From positions 1 to 51,228 of the forward strand of contig CAYZYX010000008.1 in assembly GCA_964482715.1 (NCBI GenBank): a stretch of DNA of 51,228 bases, read 5' to 3'. The notes below the pieces were generated by a model. The model was not told the DNA's origin. It ran no database searches and worked only from the letters and a program-made list of their open reading frames with translations. The position numbers were made by a program, and so were the translations under genes. The stretch is from an uncultured Clostridia bacterium. Its GTDB lineage: Bacteria > Aerophobota > Aerophobia > Aerophobales > B3-G15. Positions 1-9,649 of this stretch are shown piece by piece; the first letter of the stretch is position 1; each line of letters starts with the position of its first letter.

Positions 1-2
1 TT

Positions 3-113
3 TTTATCCATGCAGTTTTTCCCCGTTTCAGACTTGACCAGGCAATAAGATACTGCTGGAGGTGGCCGGCTATCCTGGCATTAGCAGGATTAATTATAGC
101 AAAGATAATTTGA
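3..113 (+). CDS. C-terminal end (partial) of NuoH/MbxM-like membrane subunit
   Basis: Frame from base 3 reads FIHAVFPRFRLDQAIRYCWRWPAILALAGLIIAKII*. PRFRLDQ is the NuoH-family C-terminal motif. Directly precedes the nuoB-like gene. Confidence 0.85.
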   Translation, partial: FIHAVFPRFRLDQAIRYCWRWPAILALAGLIIAKII

Positions 114-124
114 GAGACAATTAA

Positions 125-712
125 ATGGATAGAACAAGTATAAAAAAGTGGCTAAAAGCTCCAGATAAGATGGGTCAGAAATATTCCTTATGGGCAGTTT
201 ATTTCTGTACAGGGTGCGGAATTATAGAAGTTCCACCAGTCATAACCTCAAGGTGGGATGCAGAAAGATTTGGAGTTATTCCGGCAGCTACCCCCAGACA
301 GGCTAACTTATTCCTGATCACAGGATATGTCTCATTAAAGACCTTAAAGGCAATTATAAGAACCTATGAGCAGATGCCGGAACCAAAATACACTGTAGGA
401 TTTGGCTCCTGCCCTATAAACGGCGGAATGTACTGGGATTCCTACAATACCATTAAGCATCTCGACAAGTATATTCCCGTAGATGGATGGATAGCCGGCT
501 GTATGCCGAGGCCCGAGGCAATATTCATCGCTGTAACTCATCTTTGGACCATGATAGATAAGGGAATGGCAAAAGGATATATAAAGTACAGAGAAAAGTA
601 TAAATACTATCGTCAGAATCAGGAAAAATTATTTGGAAAACTTGAATGGCCACCCTTATACCCAATAGACAAAAACGAAGAAATACAAGGAAAAACAGAC
701 CAAGATGGATAG
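125..712 (+). CDS. NuoB/MbxJ-like Fe-S small subunit
   Basis: FCTGCGIIE, TPRQA, EPKY..GFGSCPINGG, IPVDGWIAGCMPRPE motifs. Confidence 0.93.
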   Translation: MDRTSIKKWLKAPDKMGQKYSLWAVYFCTGCGIIEVPPVITSRWDAERFGVIPAATPRQANLFLITGYVSLKTLKAIIRTYEQMPEPKYTVGFGSCPINGGMYWDSYNTIKHLDKYIPVDGWIAGCMPRPEAIFIAVTHLWTMIDKGMAKGYIKYREKYKYYRQNQEKLFGKLEWPPLYPIDKNEEIQGKTDQDG

Positions 713-1214
713 ATTAAAAAAGGAAATAACATTAATTTTTAAACATATCGGGATAACTGTTACTAAAGATGGTAGATTAGTTATAAATGTCAAAAAGGAG
801 GACGTTTTAAACATCTTGATTTTTCTCAAAGAAAAAGGATATGACCACCTATCCCTTATATCCTGTATTGACTGGATTAAAGAAAAGGAGTTTGAACTTG
901 TTTATATTCTTACACCTTATTCTGAGAAAGCAGGGAAAGGACATATTATCTTGAAAACAAGGATATCCAGGGAAAACCCGGAGTTTAAGACAGTAATCTC
1001 GATTTTTAAAAATGCTGAACCTTATGAACGAGAACTTCATGAACTTTTTGGAATAAAATTTAAAGACCATCCCAGGCTAACTCGCCTTTTTTTGGAAAGG
1101 GATTACAAGATACCCCCTTTTCGAAAAGATTTTGATACCAGGGAGTATGTTAAAGAAGTATTTGAGAAAATTCCCTTTGTGGAAGATATAAATGAGAACA
1201 GAAAGAGAACTTGA
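705..1214 (+). CDS. NuoC/MbxK-like subunit
   Basis: YERELHELFGIKFKDHP and PFRKDF motifs; overlaps both neighbours. Confidence 0.92.
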   Translation: MDRLKKEITLIFKHIGITVTKDGRLVINVKKEDVLNILIFLKEKGYDHLSLISCIDWIKEKEFELVYILTPYSEKAGKGHIILKTRISRENPEFKTVISIFKNAEPYERELHELFGIKFKDHPRLTRLFLERDYKIPPFRKDFDTREYVKEVFEKIPFVEDINENRKRT

Positions 1215-2298
1215 GTTATACTTTGGACCTCAGCATCTTGGAATGGTCGGAAATTTCAGCATAACCTTGCAGGTGGAAGGTGACAAAATTGTGAAGGCAT
1301 CTGCCAATCCAGGGTATCTTCATAGAGGTTTTGAGAAACTAATGGAATACAGAACCTGGATACAGAACTTCCCCATGGTTTGCAGAATAAATGTGATAGA
1401 GCCTGATTCTATGGAGATGGTATATGCAATGGCAGTTGAAAAACTTGCTGGAATTGAAGTTCCAGAAAGGGCAAACTACATAAGAACAATTGTTCTGGAG
1501 CTTTCCAGGTTAGCTTCCCATCTTTTTGGTTGCTGGGCTTACGCTAATATGCTTGGGTTTGATACTGTTGCTCAATGGGCAATGTATCACAGAGATCTTA
1601 TTTTAGATCTTTTTGAAGAGCTTACAGGGGCAAGGGTGTACCACATATACATCTGGCCTGGTGGAGTAAGACGTGATCTACCTGAGGGATTTAAGGACAA
1701 GGTTTTGAATACACTGCATACCATAGGAAGCTGTATACCAGATTATGATGCTGCTTTTTTTAATAATCGTCTGTTTTACAAAAGAGCAAAAAATATAGGT
1801 AAAATAACCCGGGAAGAAGCAAAAAAATTAGGTGCAACAGGCCAGGTTTTAAGAGCAACAGGGCTAAAATACGATATAAGGAAAATTAATCCTTATGCTG
1901 TGTATGACAAATTAGACTTTGAAGTTCCTACAAGAGAGGATGGTGATGCTTATTCACGAATCTGGGTAGTAAGAGATGAAATGATTCAAAGCGTGCATAT
2001 TATAATGCAGTGCTTTGAAAAGATGCCCAAAGGAGAAGTTTATAATAGGGTTCCGAATCCATTTAAATGGAAAGTTCCGGCAGGAGAAACCTATGTAAGG
2101 GTTGAGTCATCTCGGGGTGAGTTAGGTCTTTATCTGGTGAGCAATGGAGAAAACAAACCCTATCGCGTCCATTTCAGGACACCTTCTTATCCTCATGGAC
2201 TTATTATTCTGGAAAAACTTTTAGAAAACGCCAGCATTGCCGATGTGGGCAATATTATGATAAGCTTATACGTAGTTGCTCCGGAGATAGACAGATGA
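1192..2298 (+). CDS. NuoD/MbxL-like large subunit without NiFe-binding CxxC motifs
   Basis: FGPQH, GYLHRGFEK, ELSRLASHL, GGVRRDLP, RVESSRGE, PYRVHFRTPS, C-terminal EIDR. No RxCxxC or DPCxxC. Confidence 0.92.
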   Translation: MRTERELELYFGPQHLGMVGNFSITLQVEGDKIVKASANPGYLHRGFEKLMEYRTWIQNFPMVCRINVIEPDSMEMVYAMAVEKLAGIEVPERANYIRTIVLELSRLASHLFGCWAYANMLGFDTVAQWAMYHRDLILDLFEELTGARVYHIYIWPGGVRRDLPEGFKDKVLNTLHTIGSCIPDYDAAFFNNRLFYKRAKNIGKITREEAKKLGATGQVLRATGLKYDIRKINPYAVYDKLDFEVPTREDGDAYSRIWVVRDEMIQSVHIIMQCFEKMPKGEVYNRVPNPFKWKVPAGETYVRVESSRGELGLYLVSNGENKPYRVHFRTPSYPHGLIILEKLLENASIADVGNIMISLYVVAPEIDR

Positions 2299-4160
2299 AA
2301 AACAAATTACAAGTTAAAAAAGGGAGCTTTTTAAAACCATTTAAGGCAATTAAATACCTTTTTGAAAAACCTGTGACTCTAAGATATCCTTTTGAACAGA
2401 AAGAACCATCCCCAAGATACAGGGGATTTCACCTTAATGATTGGGATAAATGCACAGGGTGTGAGAACTGTGCTGATATCTGTCCTAATGAGGCAATAAC
2501 TATGGTGGAAATTCCCGAAATTAAGCCAAAACCAGGAGAGAAAAATGAGCGTCCCCAGATTGATTATGGAAGATGCTGTTTTTGCGGTCTTTGTGTAGAT
2601 ATCTGTCCTCCTGGTTCTTTGAGACTTTCTCGCGATTATTTCCACATCCACTTTGATACAGAAACTTTCACTCTACTGGCAAAGGATGGAAAAACAGATA
2701 AGGAACACTTCCTTTGTGCCGAAGAATATTCCATATTTCAAGCAAGTCTGACTCATAGAAAGAAAAATAATGAAGGATTTACATCGGATCTTAAATATTC
2801 ATTATTTGAACCGGAACGTGTACCTATGCCTCAGGTTCCTCCTGAAAAAAGAAAGCTATCATTTATAGAGCAAGTTCTTGGCTACTCAGATGAGGAGGCA
2901 AAAAAGGAAGCTTTGAGATGTCTTGAATGTAAACTATGTGAAGATGCCTGTCCGGCTCATCTTAAGATATCTGACTATATCAAAGCAATTTATGAGGGTA
3001 GACCCGATGAGTCTCTGAAAAAAATATTTGAGGATAATCCTATCCCTGCAATATGTGGAAGGATATGTATGGCTCACTGTGAGGAGGTTTGCTCTCTTGG
3101 CAAAAGAGGTGAGCCTGTAGCTATAAGATGGCTGAAAAGATACGCTTCGGATGCAATTAAGGATTATAAAAGAACTCTTGGACTTAAGCCAGCCAGATTT
3201 ACGGGCAAAAAGGTTGCAGTTATCGGTGCAGGACCAGGTGGTCTCACAGTAGCATACTTTTTAAGATTAAAAGGACACGCGGTTACCGTTTTCGACTCAC
3301 TGCCCGGAGGTGGTGGTATGATGAGAATAGGACCACCACTTTACCGTTTACCAATTGAAAGTATCGATAAGGATGTAAATTACATCGCTTCCTTAGGGGT
3401 AGAGTTTAAATTTAATATTACAGTTGGTAAGGATATTTTATTTGAGGATATTTACAAAAAATACGATGCTATTTATCTGGGGATAGGTACAACTGTATCT
3501 CGCTCAACACGGGTGAAGAACTCTGATAAAGCTTATCCTGCGCTTTTATTTCTTAGAGAAAATAAAATTGGTAAGGGAATAAAAGTGGGCAGGGAAGTTA
3601 TCGTTATAGGTGGAGGAAATGTGGCGATGGATGTTGCCAGAGAAGCCTTAAGATTACAACATATCCAGTATCCAGGAGAAAAGGTAGTTACCAAAACAGT
3701 TTCCCTGGAGGATTGGGACATAATGCCGGCCACAAAAGAAGAAATCGAGGATGCAAAGGCAGAGGGAATTGAGTTTAATCCTGGATGGGGACCTAAGGAA
3801 ATTAAGGTTGAAGATGGCGAAGTAAAAGGTCTTTTATGTATGAAAGTAAGATCCGTTTTTGATGAACAGGGAAGATTCAATCCCACCTTTTACGAGGATA
3901 AACAGATGTTTTTAGAAGGTGATATGGTCATTGAAGCTATTGGCCAGGCCCCAGATTTTTCATTTATTCCTAAAGAATTATTTGACAGATTAGAGTTCAC
4001 CCCACGAAGGAAGGTGAAGGTTGATGAAAATGGGAAAACTTCTCTGCCAAAAGTCTTTGCCGGTGGTGATATAGTTAACCTTAATTTGGATGCTGTAACC
4101 GCTATTGCGGATGGGAAAAGAGCTGCTGAAGGGATTGACCTTTATTTACGGGCAAATTAA
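2295..4160 (+). CDS. Fusion of NuoI/MbxN 2x[4Fe-4S] subunit with a GltD/SudA/NfnB-like FAD/NAD(P) oxidoreductase
   Basis: N-terminal TLRYP..PRYRG, CTGCENCADICP, CCFCGLCVDICP. Then RCLECKLCEDACP, CGRICMAHCEEVC, GAGPGG, GGGNVAMDVA, VFAGGD. Confidence 0.9.
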   Translation: MKNKLQVKKGSFLKPFKAIKYLFEKPVTLRYPFEQKEPSPRYRGFHLNDWDKCTGCENCADICPNEAITMVEIPEIKPKPGEKNERPQIDYGRCCFCGLCVDICPPGSLRLSRDYFHIHFDTETFTLLAKDGKTDKEHFLCAEEYSIFQASLTHRKKNNEGFTSDLKYSLFEPERVPMPQVPPEKRKLSFIEQVLGYSDEEAKKEALRCLECKLCEDACPAHLKISDYIKAIYEGRPDESLKKIFEDNPIPAICGRICMAHCEEVCSLGKRGEPVAIRWLKRYASDAIKDYKRTLGLKPARFTGKKVAVIGAGPGGLTVAYFLRLKGHAVTVFDSLPGGGGMMRIGPPLYRLPIESIDKDVNYIASLGVEFKFNITVGKDILFEDIYKKYDAIYLGIGTTVSRSTRVKNSDKAYPALLFLRENKIGKGIKVGREVIVIGGGNVAMDVAREALRLQHIQYPGEKVVTKTVSLEDWDIMPATKEEIEDAKAEGIEFNPGWGPKEIKVEDGEVKGLLCMKVRSVFDEQGRFNPTFYEDKQMFLEGDMVIEAIGQAPDFSFIPKELFDRLEFTPRRKVKVDENGKTSLPKVFAGGDIVNLNLDAVTAIADGKRAAEGIDLYLRAN

Positions 4161-4519
4161 GAAGCTTTTATCAGGACAAATGAAACTCAAGATTGTCTTG
4201 ATGACTTTTTAATTTGTAAACCATGACAAGTGTTTAATCAGGCAAAAAAGAAAGACACGCAAATGCGATCTAAGATTTTTGAAAGTACTGTTTAGCGTCT
4301 TTTTGTTTAAGAACATTAGAGAAATTTCATAAGAATCTATTCTTGCTTATCCTGGATTTAGTAGAGGAAATTTCAAGATTAACTTGAAAGTTAAAAATGT
4401 TGATGTTTCTGTCCCTGGAAAGACTCTCATTTTTTTAACTCACAAAATAAATGAGCACCACTCATTCTTGAAAAGCAAAAGATAAATTCAAGACAAAAAG
4501 ATATTTTCTTAGAAAAAAC

Positions 4520-4858
4520 TCAATCAAAAACCGGGGTTTCCAGTATCTTTTCAATTTTGCTCTCTATAACTTTTTTGGGTGCTACACCAACTATTCTATC
4601 TACTATCTTTCCTTTTTTAAAAAACAGAAGAGTAGGGATTCCTCTAATATTGTATTTTTCAGCTAAGGCTGGATTTTTGTCAACATTTAACTTCCCTATT
4701 TTAATTTTTCCCTCATACTTTTTAGCGATCTCTTCTACGACAGGAGCTATCATAAAACAGGGCATACACCACTCAGCCCAGAAATCAACCATTACAGGAA
4801 GGTTAGAATCTAAAACTTCCTTCTTCCAATTCTCGTCATTGAAGATTTTCTCTGGCAT
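4520..4858 (-). CDS. trxA: thioredoxin
   Basis: VDFWAEWCMPC active site and IRGIPTLL; 112 aa. Confidence 0.93.
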   Translation of the reverse strand: MPEKIFNDENWKKEVLDSNLPVMVDFWAEWCMPCFMIAPVVEEIAKKYEGKIKIGKLNVDKNPALAEKYNIRGIPTLLFFKKGKIVDRIVGVAPKKVIESKIEKILETPVFD

Positions 4859-4930
4859 AATTTGTTCTCCTTGTTTTAGTGTTTTGTTTTATTTCAATAT
4901 ACAAGCAGTAGAAATGAAGGTTTTCACTGT

Positions 4931-5473
4931 TTACCTTGTTTTTTTAAAATTTAAGATGTGAGTATGAGTGAATTTTTCCTCATGGATAAGTTTTCCAGGT
5001 ATTTTTTTATCAAAGAAAAAACCCGCCTCTTCTATTTCCTTTTTTATCTCCTCAAGACTCATATGTTCCGGATAAACGGAAAGAAAACCATCATACTTTA
5101 AAACTCTGTATGTCTCTTCTAACAGTTCTTTTCTCTCACTTGAAGAGAAATAGTAAGAATGCAAAATATCATAAAGCAAGACCACATCAAAAAATTCATC
5201 TTCCATAGGGATTTTCAGTTTTCCTGATGTTTCTATTATTTTGATATTATTTAACCCGGCTGATCTGGCTTTATTAGCAAGTTTATTAAGCTCAGTTCTA
5301 CTCTTATCCAGGGCAAAGAGCTTTCCTTTAGATCCTATTATTTTTGCCGCAGGTAGAGAATAGATACCTTTTCCACACCCGAAATCTAAAATTACATCAT
5401 CTTTTTTAATACCGATTTCTCTCAAGATTTTCTCTCCTTCTTCTTCAAACCATTTTTCTAAATCGCTTTTCAT
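4931..5473 (-). CDS. class I SAM-dependent methyltransferase
   Basis: ILDFGCGKG motif I; FDVVL, YRVLKYDG. Confidence 0.88.
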   Translation of the reverse strand: MKSDLEKWFEEEGEKILREIGIKKDDVILDFGCGKGIYSLPAAKIIGSKGKLFALDKSRTELNKLANKARSAGLNNIKIIETSGKLKIPMEDEFFDVVLLYDILHSYYFSSSERKELLEETYRVLKYDGFLSVYPEHMSLEEIKKEIEEAGFFFDKKIPGKLIHEEKFTHTHILNFKKTR

Positions 5474-6105
5474 TGTTGCTTACGAATACATTTTAAAAGA
5501 AGATTTTTGAATCTTTCCAGAGATATCCTATAAGGTTCTATTTCAAGTTTCATCCAATCTGAAAATTCAAGAATCTTTTCAGGAAAATTCTGAGAATACT
5601 CATCAAAAATACCTATAGGATCTAAGAGAATTGCCTTGTCGTGATAAGGAAAAGTCTCATTTGCTTTGGCAACATCCCATTCCCTGAAAATCTTTTTCCA
5701 ATATACCAACCATCCAGGTGAAAGCCAGTAAATTTTGCCTCCTTTACTTATCTTTCTTCTTTCCTCTTTATCGGTTAACATATCAATACAATTTTTTGCC
5801 TGTATCCTTGAGATCTCGCCTCCTTGTTCTTGGATTATTGCGTCTACATTTCTATAGGGATTAGAAGGATCAAGGAAACATCTTTCTCCATAAACTACTA
5901 TTATTTTCTTAGAGTGTTTCCTTGCATTTCTGAGCTGTCCTACAAGTTGTCTCTCCAGTTCTCTTTGGTTCTCATGAAGGCCTGGTGCGGTAAACAGAAT
6001 TTTATCCACATCTAAAAAACCCGTATCTTTCAGGTGATTTAATTCCTTCCGTAAAGTTCCGCAAGATACGATTGTATAGTTTTTAAATGATTCATAACCT
6101 GTCAT
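5470..6105 (-). CDS. DUF1638-family protein
   Basis: IVSCG, PGLHE, YGERC, NCIDML, YWLSPGW pattern. Confidence 0.7.
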   Translation of the reverse strand: MTGYESFKNYTIVSCGTLRKELNHLKDTGFLDVDKILFTAPGLHENQRELERQLVGQLRNARKHSKKIIVVYGERCFLDPSNPYRNVDAIIQEQGGEISRIQAKNCIDMLTDKEERRKISKGGKIYWLSPGWLVYWKKIFREWDVAKANETFPYHDKAILLDPIGIFDEYSQNFPEKILEFSDWMKLEIEPYRISLERFKNLLLKCIRKQQ

Positions 6106-6202
6106 AATACTGCTACCTTATATACTCTTAGCTTGTCTGAAGGTTTCAACTTCGGTCGAAATTCTTGTAACACTGGCAAGTTATCCCATCAGCAGATTAT
6201 TT

Positions 6203-6230
6203 ATTATATATCGGAAATAATTTTTGTCAA
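6203..6230 (-). promoter_or_regulatory. sigma70-type promoter for DUF1638-methyltransferase(-trxA)
   Basis: Minus strand TTGACA-AAAATTATTTCCGATA(16)-TATAAT. Confidence 0.8.
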
Positions 6231-6524
6231 ATTTATAGACAAAAATTAAGCAATATTAAGCTGAAATTATTTTTTCCAGTTTAATACCGATTTTCTGTGT
6301 GGTTGAAGGTAATAGGATTAGTATGGTTTTTTGGGAGATAAGACTAATTTCACGGGTTAGCTTTGCAATAGAAGATGCACCAAATCGTATGAATTATAGG
6401 AACTACTTCTGAAATTAGAGTATGTACGGGATCTGGGGCAGAATATTGTAGCAGAAGAAGGTATTTAAAATTGTAACCTTTCTTAATTAAATTTATATCC
6501 GGCTATTTTAGCAAGTTTGGAGGA

Positions 6525-6791
6525 TTATCTGATAAATTTGGAGAAACTATTCACCAATTCTTCTATTCTATTCTCAAAACTTCTCTCATCCTGACAGGAG
6601 AAGCAGTCTCTCATATAATTTTGCATAATTAGCATCCCTATCTTGCCAACTGCAGCTCGAACAGCACTTATTTGCATTAAAATATCAGAACAGGGGGCAT
6701 TTCTCTCAATCATTCTCTCCAAACCACTTATTTGACCCTTTACCTTTCGCAATCTCTTTAAAAGGTCCTCTTTTGCCTTATCTGTTACCAT
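6525..6791 (-). CDS. CsoR/RcnR-family repressor with CstR-like x-C-x-C fingerprint
   Basis: RLRKVKGQISGLERM, CSDILMQISAVRAA, NYMRDC. Confidence 0.88.
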   Translation of the reverse strand: MVTDKAKEDLLKRLRKVKGQISGLERMIERNAPCSDILMQISAVRAAVGKIGMLIMQNYMRDCFSCQDERSFENRIEELVNSFSKFIR

Positions 6792-6832
6792 AGAGTTTCT
6801 CTTTTTAATTTTATAATTTATTTGTATTTACT

Positions 6833-6860
6833 ATAATATTGATTTCTTTTTTCCTTGCAA
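6833..6860 (-). promoter_or_regulatory. putative promoter of CsoR-family gene
   Basis: TTGCAA-16-TATTAT on minus strand. Confidence 0.5.
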
Positions 6861-6936
6861 GCTTCATCAAGTATTTCTAATTCATAAAAATGGCTCTCCA
6901 GAATTCCTATACAAATCAAGTTTATTTTGAGTGCAA

Positions 6937-7623
6937 TTATTTAATTTCGAGTGGACTAACTTCTATTTGACGAGGTCTTACTGCTTTACTCCAATCATGT
7001 GGTTTTCTTGTCATCCTGAATTTATTCAATTCACCTAATTTTTTTAGACGCTCATAAATCAGTATCCAAGCACAATCTCGCTCAGGATCCACTTCGCATT
7101 TTCCATTTCGAGAACCTCCGCAAGGGCCATTTAAAAGTCCCTTTGCACATTGAGTTAATGGACAGATACCAGCAAGTTTGCCTAACTCACATTCTCCACA
7201 TTGCTGGCACTTTTCCTTAAATAAAGTAGGACCTCCTCCCATATGTCCCATAGGGTTAGTTCCTGGATAAATTGGTTTTACCAAGTTATATTCCTTTTCC
7301 AATATAAATTCTCGAACAACTTGAAGTCCATCTCCACAGGTTAACATTAAAATAGCATCGCATTCGTTAATCTCTTTTTGGTATTTATCTAAACGTTTCT
7401 TACTCCAGGGAGCATAGCAGGTGAATTCACCAAATGGCGGTGTAATAGCGGCTAAAACCTCTTTCCCTTTTTTCCTCAAAATATTTGCCATTTTCTTTAC
7501 CTCTGGTTCACCTCCTGTGTGAAAGACCGTGGCACAACCACCACATCCCATTATGACTATCTTTCTTTTTCCTCTAAGATATTCTAAAATTTCTTCAAGC
7601 GGCTTTTGTACCTGTCCAATCAT
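6937..7623 (-). CDS. metV: MetV-like protein (methylene-THF reductase associated, MTHFR_C)
   Basis: GCGGCA..TGG, CGDG, CQQCGECEL..GICPLTQCAKGLLNGPCGGS..GKCEVDPERDCAWILIYERL. Confidence 0.8.
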   Translation of the reverse strand: MIGQVQKPLEEILEYLRGKRKIVIMGCGGCATVFHTGGEPEVKKMANILRKKGKEVLAAITPPFGEFTCYAPWSKKRLDKYQKEINECDAILMLTCGDGLQVVREFILEKEYNLVKPIYPGTNPMGHMGGGPTLFKEKCQQCGECELGKLAGICPLTQCAKGLLNGPCGGSRNGKCEVDPERDCAWILIYERLKKLGELNKFRMTRKPHDWSKAVRPRQIEVSPLEIK

Positions 7624-7710
7624 ATCCTTTCTCCTTTCTTTATTTACCCTCTTTTACTTTAAATCTTTTTGTCTTGTTAAAACCTGAGTTGTCATTATTC
7701 TAACTCACTT

Positions 7711-8310
7711 TCAAGATCCTAAGATTACTTTTGATGAGTGAATCTCTTTTACACAGGGATTAATTTCATAAATTGGAAATTTATTTCTCGGAGTTAAAGA
7801 TAAAAACGGGCTAATTAATCCTCCACCTTTAAGTTCCGCGATTAAAGCTCCAGTTTTTTCTTCCATATTAAACTGTCTGGCTATTTCTCTTATGTCTTTA
7901 GCACTAACCTTATTATTTTTAGCCTTCTGACTTAATTTTTTATAAAAATTAGGCATATCTTCCCAACGTGGTTCTCCAATCTGTTTAAAATAAGTAGCGA
8001 TAGCGTAATTGGTATTCCATCCACCTTTTTCACATAGATTTTTAATTAATATCTTAATGATGTTAGGCATTCTGTATTTTTCTCCTGGTTTTATTAAAAG
8101 TAATTTATCCTTCCAAGCTGTACTTCTGGAGGAAGCAACTGGTACAAGTAATCTATTTTCTTCTGCTGTCAAGAGAAAATTCTCGATGTTTTCTTCTCCT
8201 ATTATTTCCGCTATTTCTTCGTATGAGACGGTTAATTTTTGTGATGCAAAGTATAAAACTTTTAATAAAGTATATTCATCTACATTAAGAGTAAGAAGTT
8301 CTCTCAGCAT
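7711..8310 (-). CDS. hypothetical protein
   Basis: 199-aa ORF with native-looking composition, co-oriented with neighbours; no recognised motif. Confidence 0.65.
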   Translation of the reverse strand: MLRELLTLNVDEYTLLKVLYFASQKLTVSYEEIAEIIGEENIENFLLTAEENRLLVPVASSRSTAWKDKLLLIKPGEKYRMPNIIKILIKNLCEKGGWNTNYAIATYFKQIGEPRWEDMPNFYKKLSQKAKNNKVSAKDIREIARQFNMEEKTGALIAELKGGGLISPFLSLTPRNKFPIYEINPCVKEIHSSKVILGS

Positions 8311-8681
8311 TTTGTATTTTTTGCTTCTCTCTTGGTTCTTCTAATTTTAGACTAAAAATAAAGCCCAAAAATACGGCTGATGAGGTAATTAGTATAATCT
8401 CTACCCCTGTTTATGAAAAATCCTATTAAAACAAATGCCAAAATGAAAAAATAAGGAGACCTTAAACCTATTAAAAGGGCAGTGACAGGGATAAGAAAAT
8501 TTATGGCTAAACCCCTCTGGATAACTCTTCTGTTACCAATATTAATCTGACATAAAAGCCTATCATAACTATATCTTTGCATGGATTAGCACGGAACCAA
8601 AACAATTGGAGGACTTTTAAAGTAAGTATTTTAAATAAGATTTTTGTTTTAGGTTAGGTTTTATCCTTAGATAAACAGGAA

Positions 8682-9206
8682 TTATAACCTGTTTTTATTT
8701 TTAATTCTAAGAATCATTCTGGTATTTTCGGCAAGCTCCCTCAGTCTTTTTTTAATCTTGTCTTTCTTACCGGGTTCAGCATAGTCAACTATGAGTATTC
8801 CATTAAGATGATCAATTTCATGTTGAAGGGCTCTTGCAAGTATTCCATCTGCTTCTATTATACTTTTTTTACCTTTTTCATCTATGCCTGTAAGTTTAAC
8901 TTTTTTAGCACGAGGAACCTTAATAAATACTTCAGGAATACTGAGGCAACCTTCGGTAAGAATATCCTCACCTTTTTTATTTAAAATTGAAGGATTAGCA
9001 AGTTGCAAAAGAGAACCATCAGTTCGCACCACTACCATTCTTCGAGAGATACCTATCTGGGGAGCGGCAATGCCTAAAGCGTTTTTTTCAAAAAGGATTT
9101 TACTCATATAAAAAAAGATATCTCTTTCTTCTGACCCTATTTTTCCCACTGGTTCACAGACTTTTCTCAAGATAGGATCACCATATCTGCGAAGCCAGAC
9201 GTTCAC
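8682..9206 (-). CDS. def: peptide deformylase
   Basis: GIAAPQIG, EGCLSIP, QHEIDHLNG motifs; GTG start after AGGAG. Confidence 0.95.
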   Translation of the reverse strand: MNVWLRRYGDPILRKVCEPVGKIGSEERDIFFYMSKILFEKNALGIAAPQIGISRRMVVVRTDGSLLQLANPSILNKKGEDILTEGCLSIPEVFIKVPRAKKVKLTGIDEKGKKSIIEADGILARALQHEIDHLNGILIVDYAEPGKKDKIKKRLRELAENTRMILRIKNKNRL

Positions 9207-9240
9207 TTTTTTCTCCTTTCTTTAAGGTATTATAATTTTT

Positions 9241-9612
9241 TCAAGAACATTCATTTTTTGGAATGCCATATCCTCTCCCCTTTCCTGGTTGGCAGAGACT
9301 TTCTCCTCCTTCAAGTTCACCTTTCAGAAGCTTATCAATTATTTCGTCTACCTTTCCCTGAACACCGAGAATAGATCGGATTCCTTTTTCGGTAAATAGG
9401 TTTTTTGCTCTTTGACCCATTCCTCCACATACAATACATTTAATATTTTGCTTTTCAAAAAAATCGGGAAGAAACCCTGGATGATGACCCGGGTTTGGAA
9501 TTTCTTCTCTACTTATGAGTTCTCCTTTTTCAATTTCAACAATGGTGAAAGATGGACATCTACCAAAATGAGCAGAAACATTGCTTCCATCGGTAGAGAT
9601 TGCTATTTTCAT
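9241..9612 (-). CDS. NifB/NifX-family (orange protein-like) cofactor-binding protein
   Basis: MKIAIST..VSAHFGRCPSF, IVCGGMG. Confidence 0.88.
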   Translation of the reverse strand: MKIAISTDGSNVSAHFGRCPSFTIVEIEKGELISREEIPNPGHHPGFLPDFFEKQNIKCIVCGGMGQRAKNLFTEKGIRSILGVQGKVDEIIDKLLKGELEGGESLCQPGKGRGYGIPKNECS

Positions 9613-9649
9613 TGCCTTCCTCCTAAGGATCGAGCATTTTCTTCTTAAT

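Noticed and set aside
125-2298. Group 4 [NiFe]-hydrogenase
   Set aside because: The large subunit lacks both Ni-binding CxxC motifs.
6106-6200. Possible riboswitch in the ~95-nt leader of the DUF1638 gene
   Set aside because: No match to fluoride, SAM, TPP or other aptamer cores that I recognise, and no clear terminator.
8352-8582. 76-aa hydrophobic ORF, loosely flanked by inverted AT-rich motifs
   Set aside because: No RBS or recognisable motif; flank similarity is only about 12/19 in AT-rich DNA.
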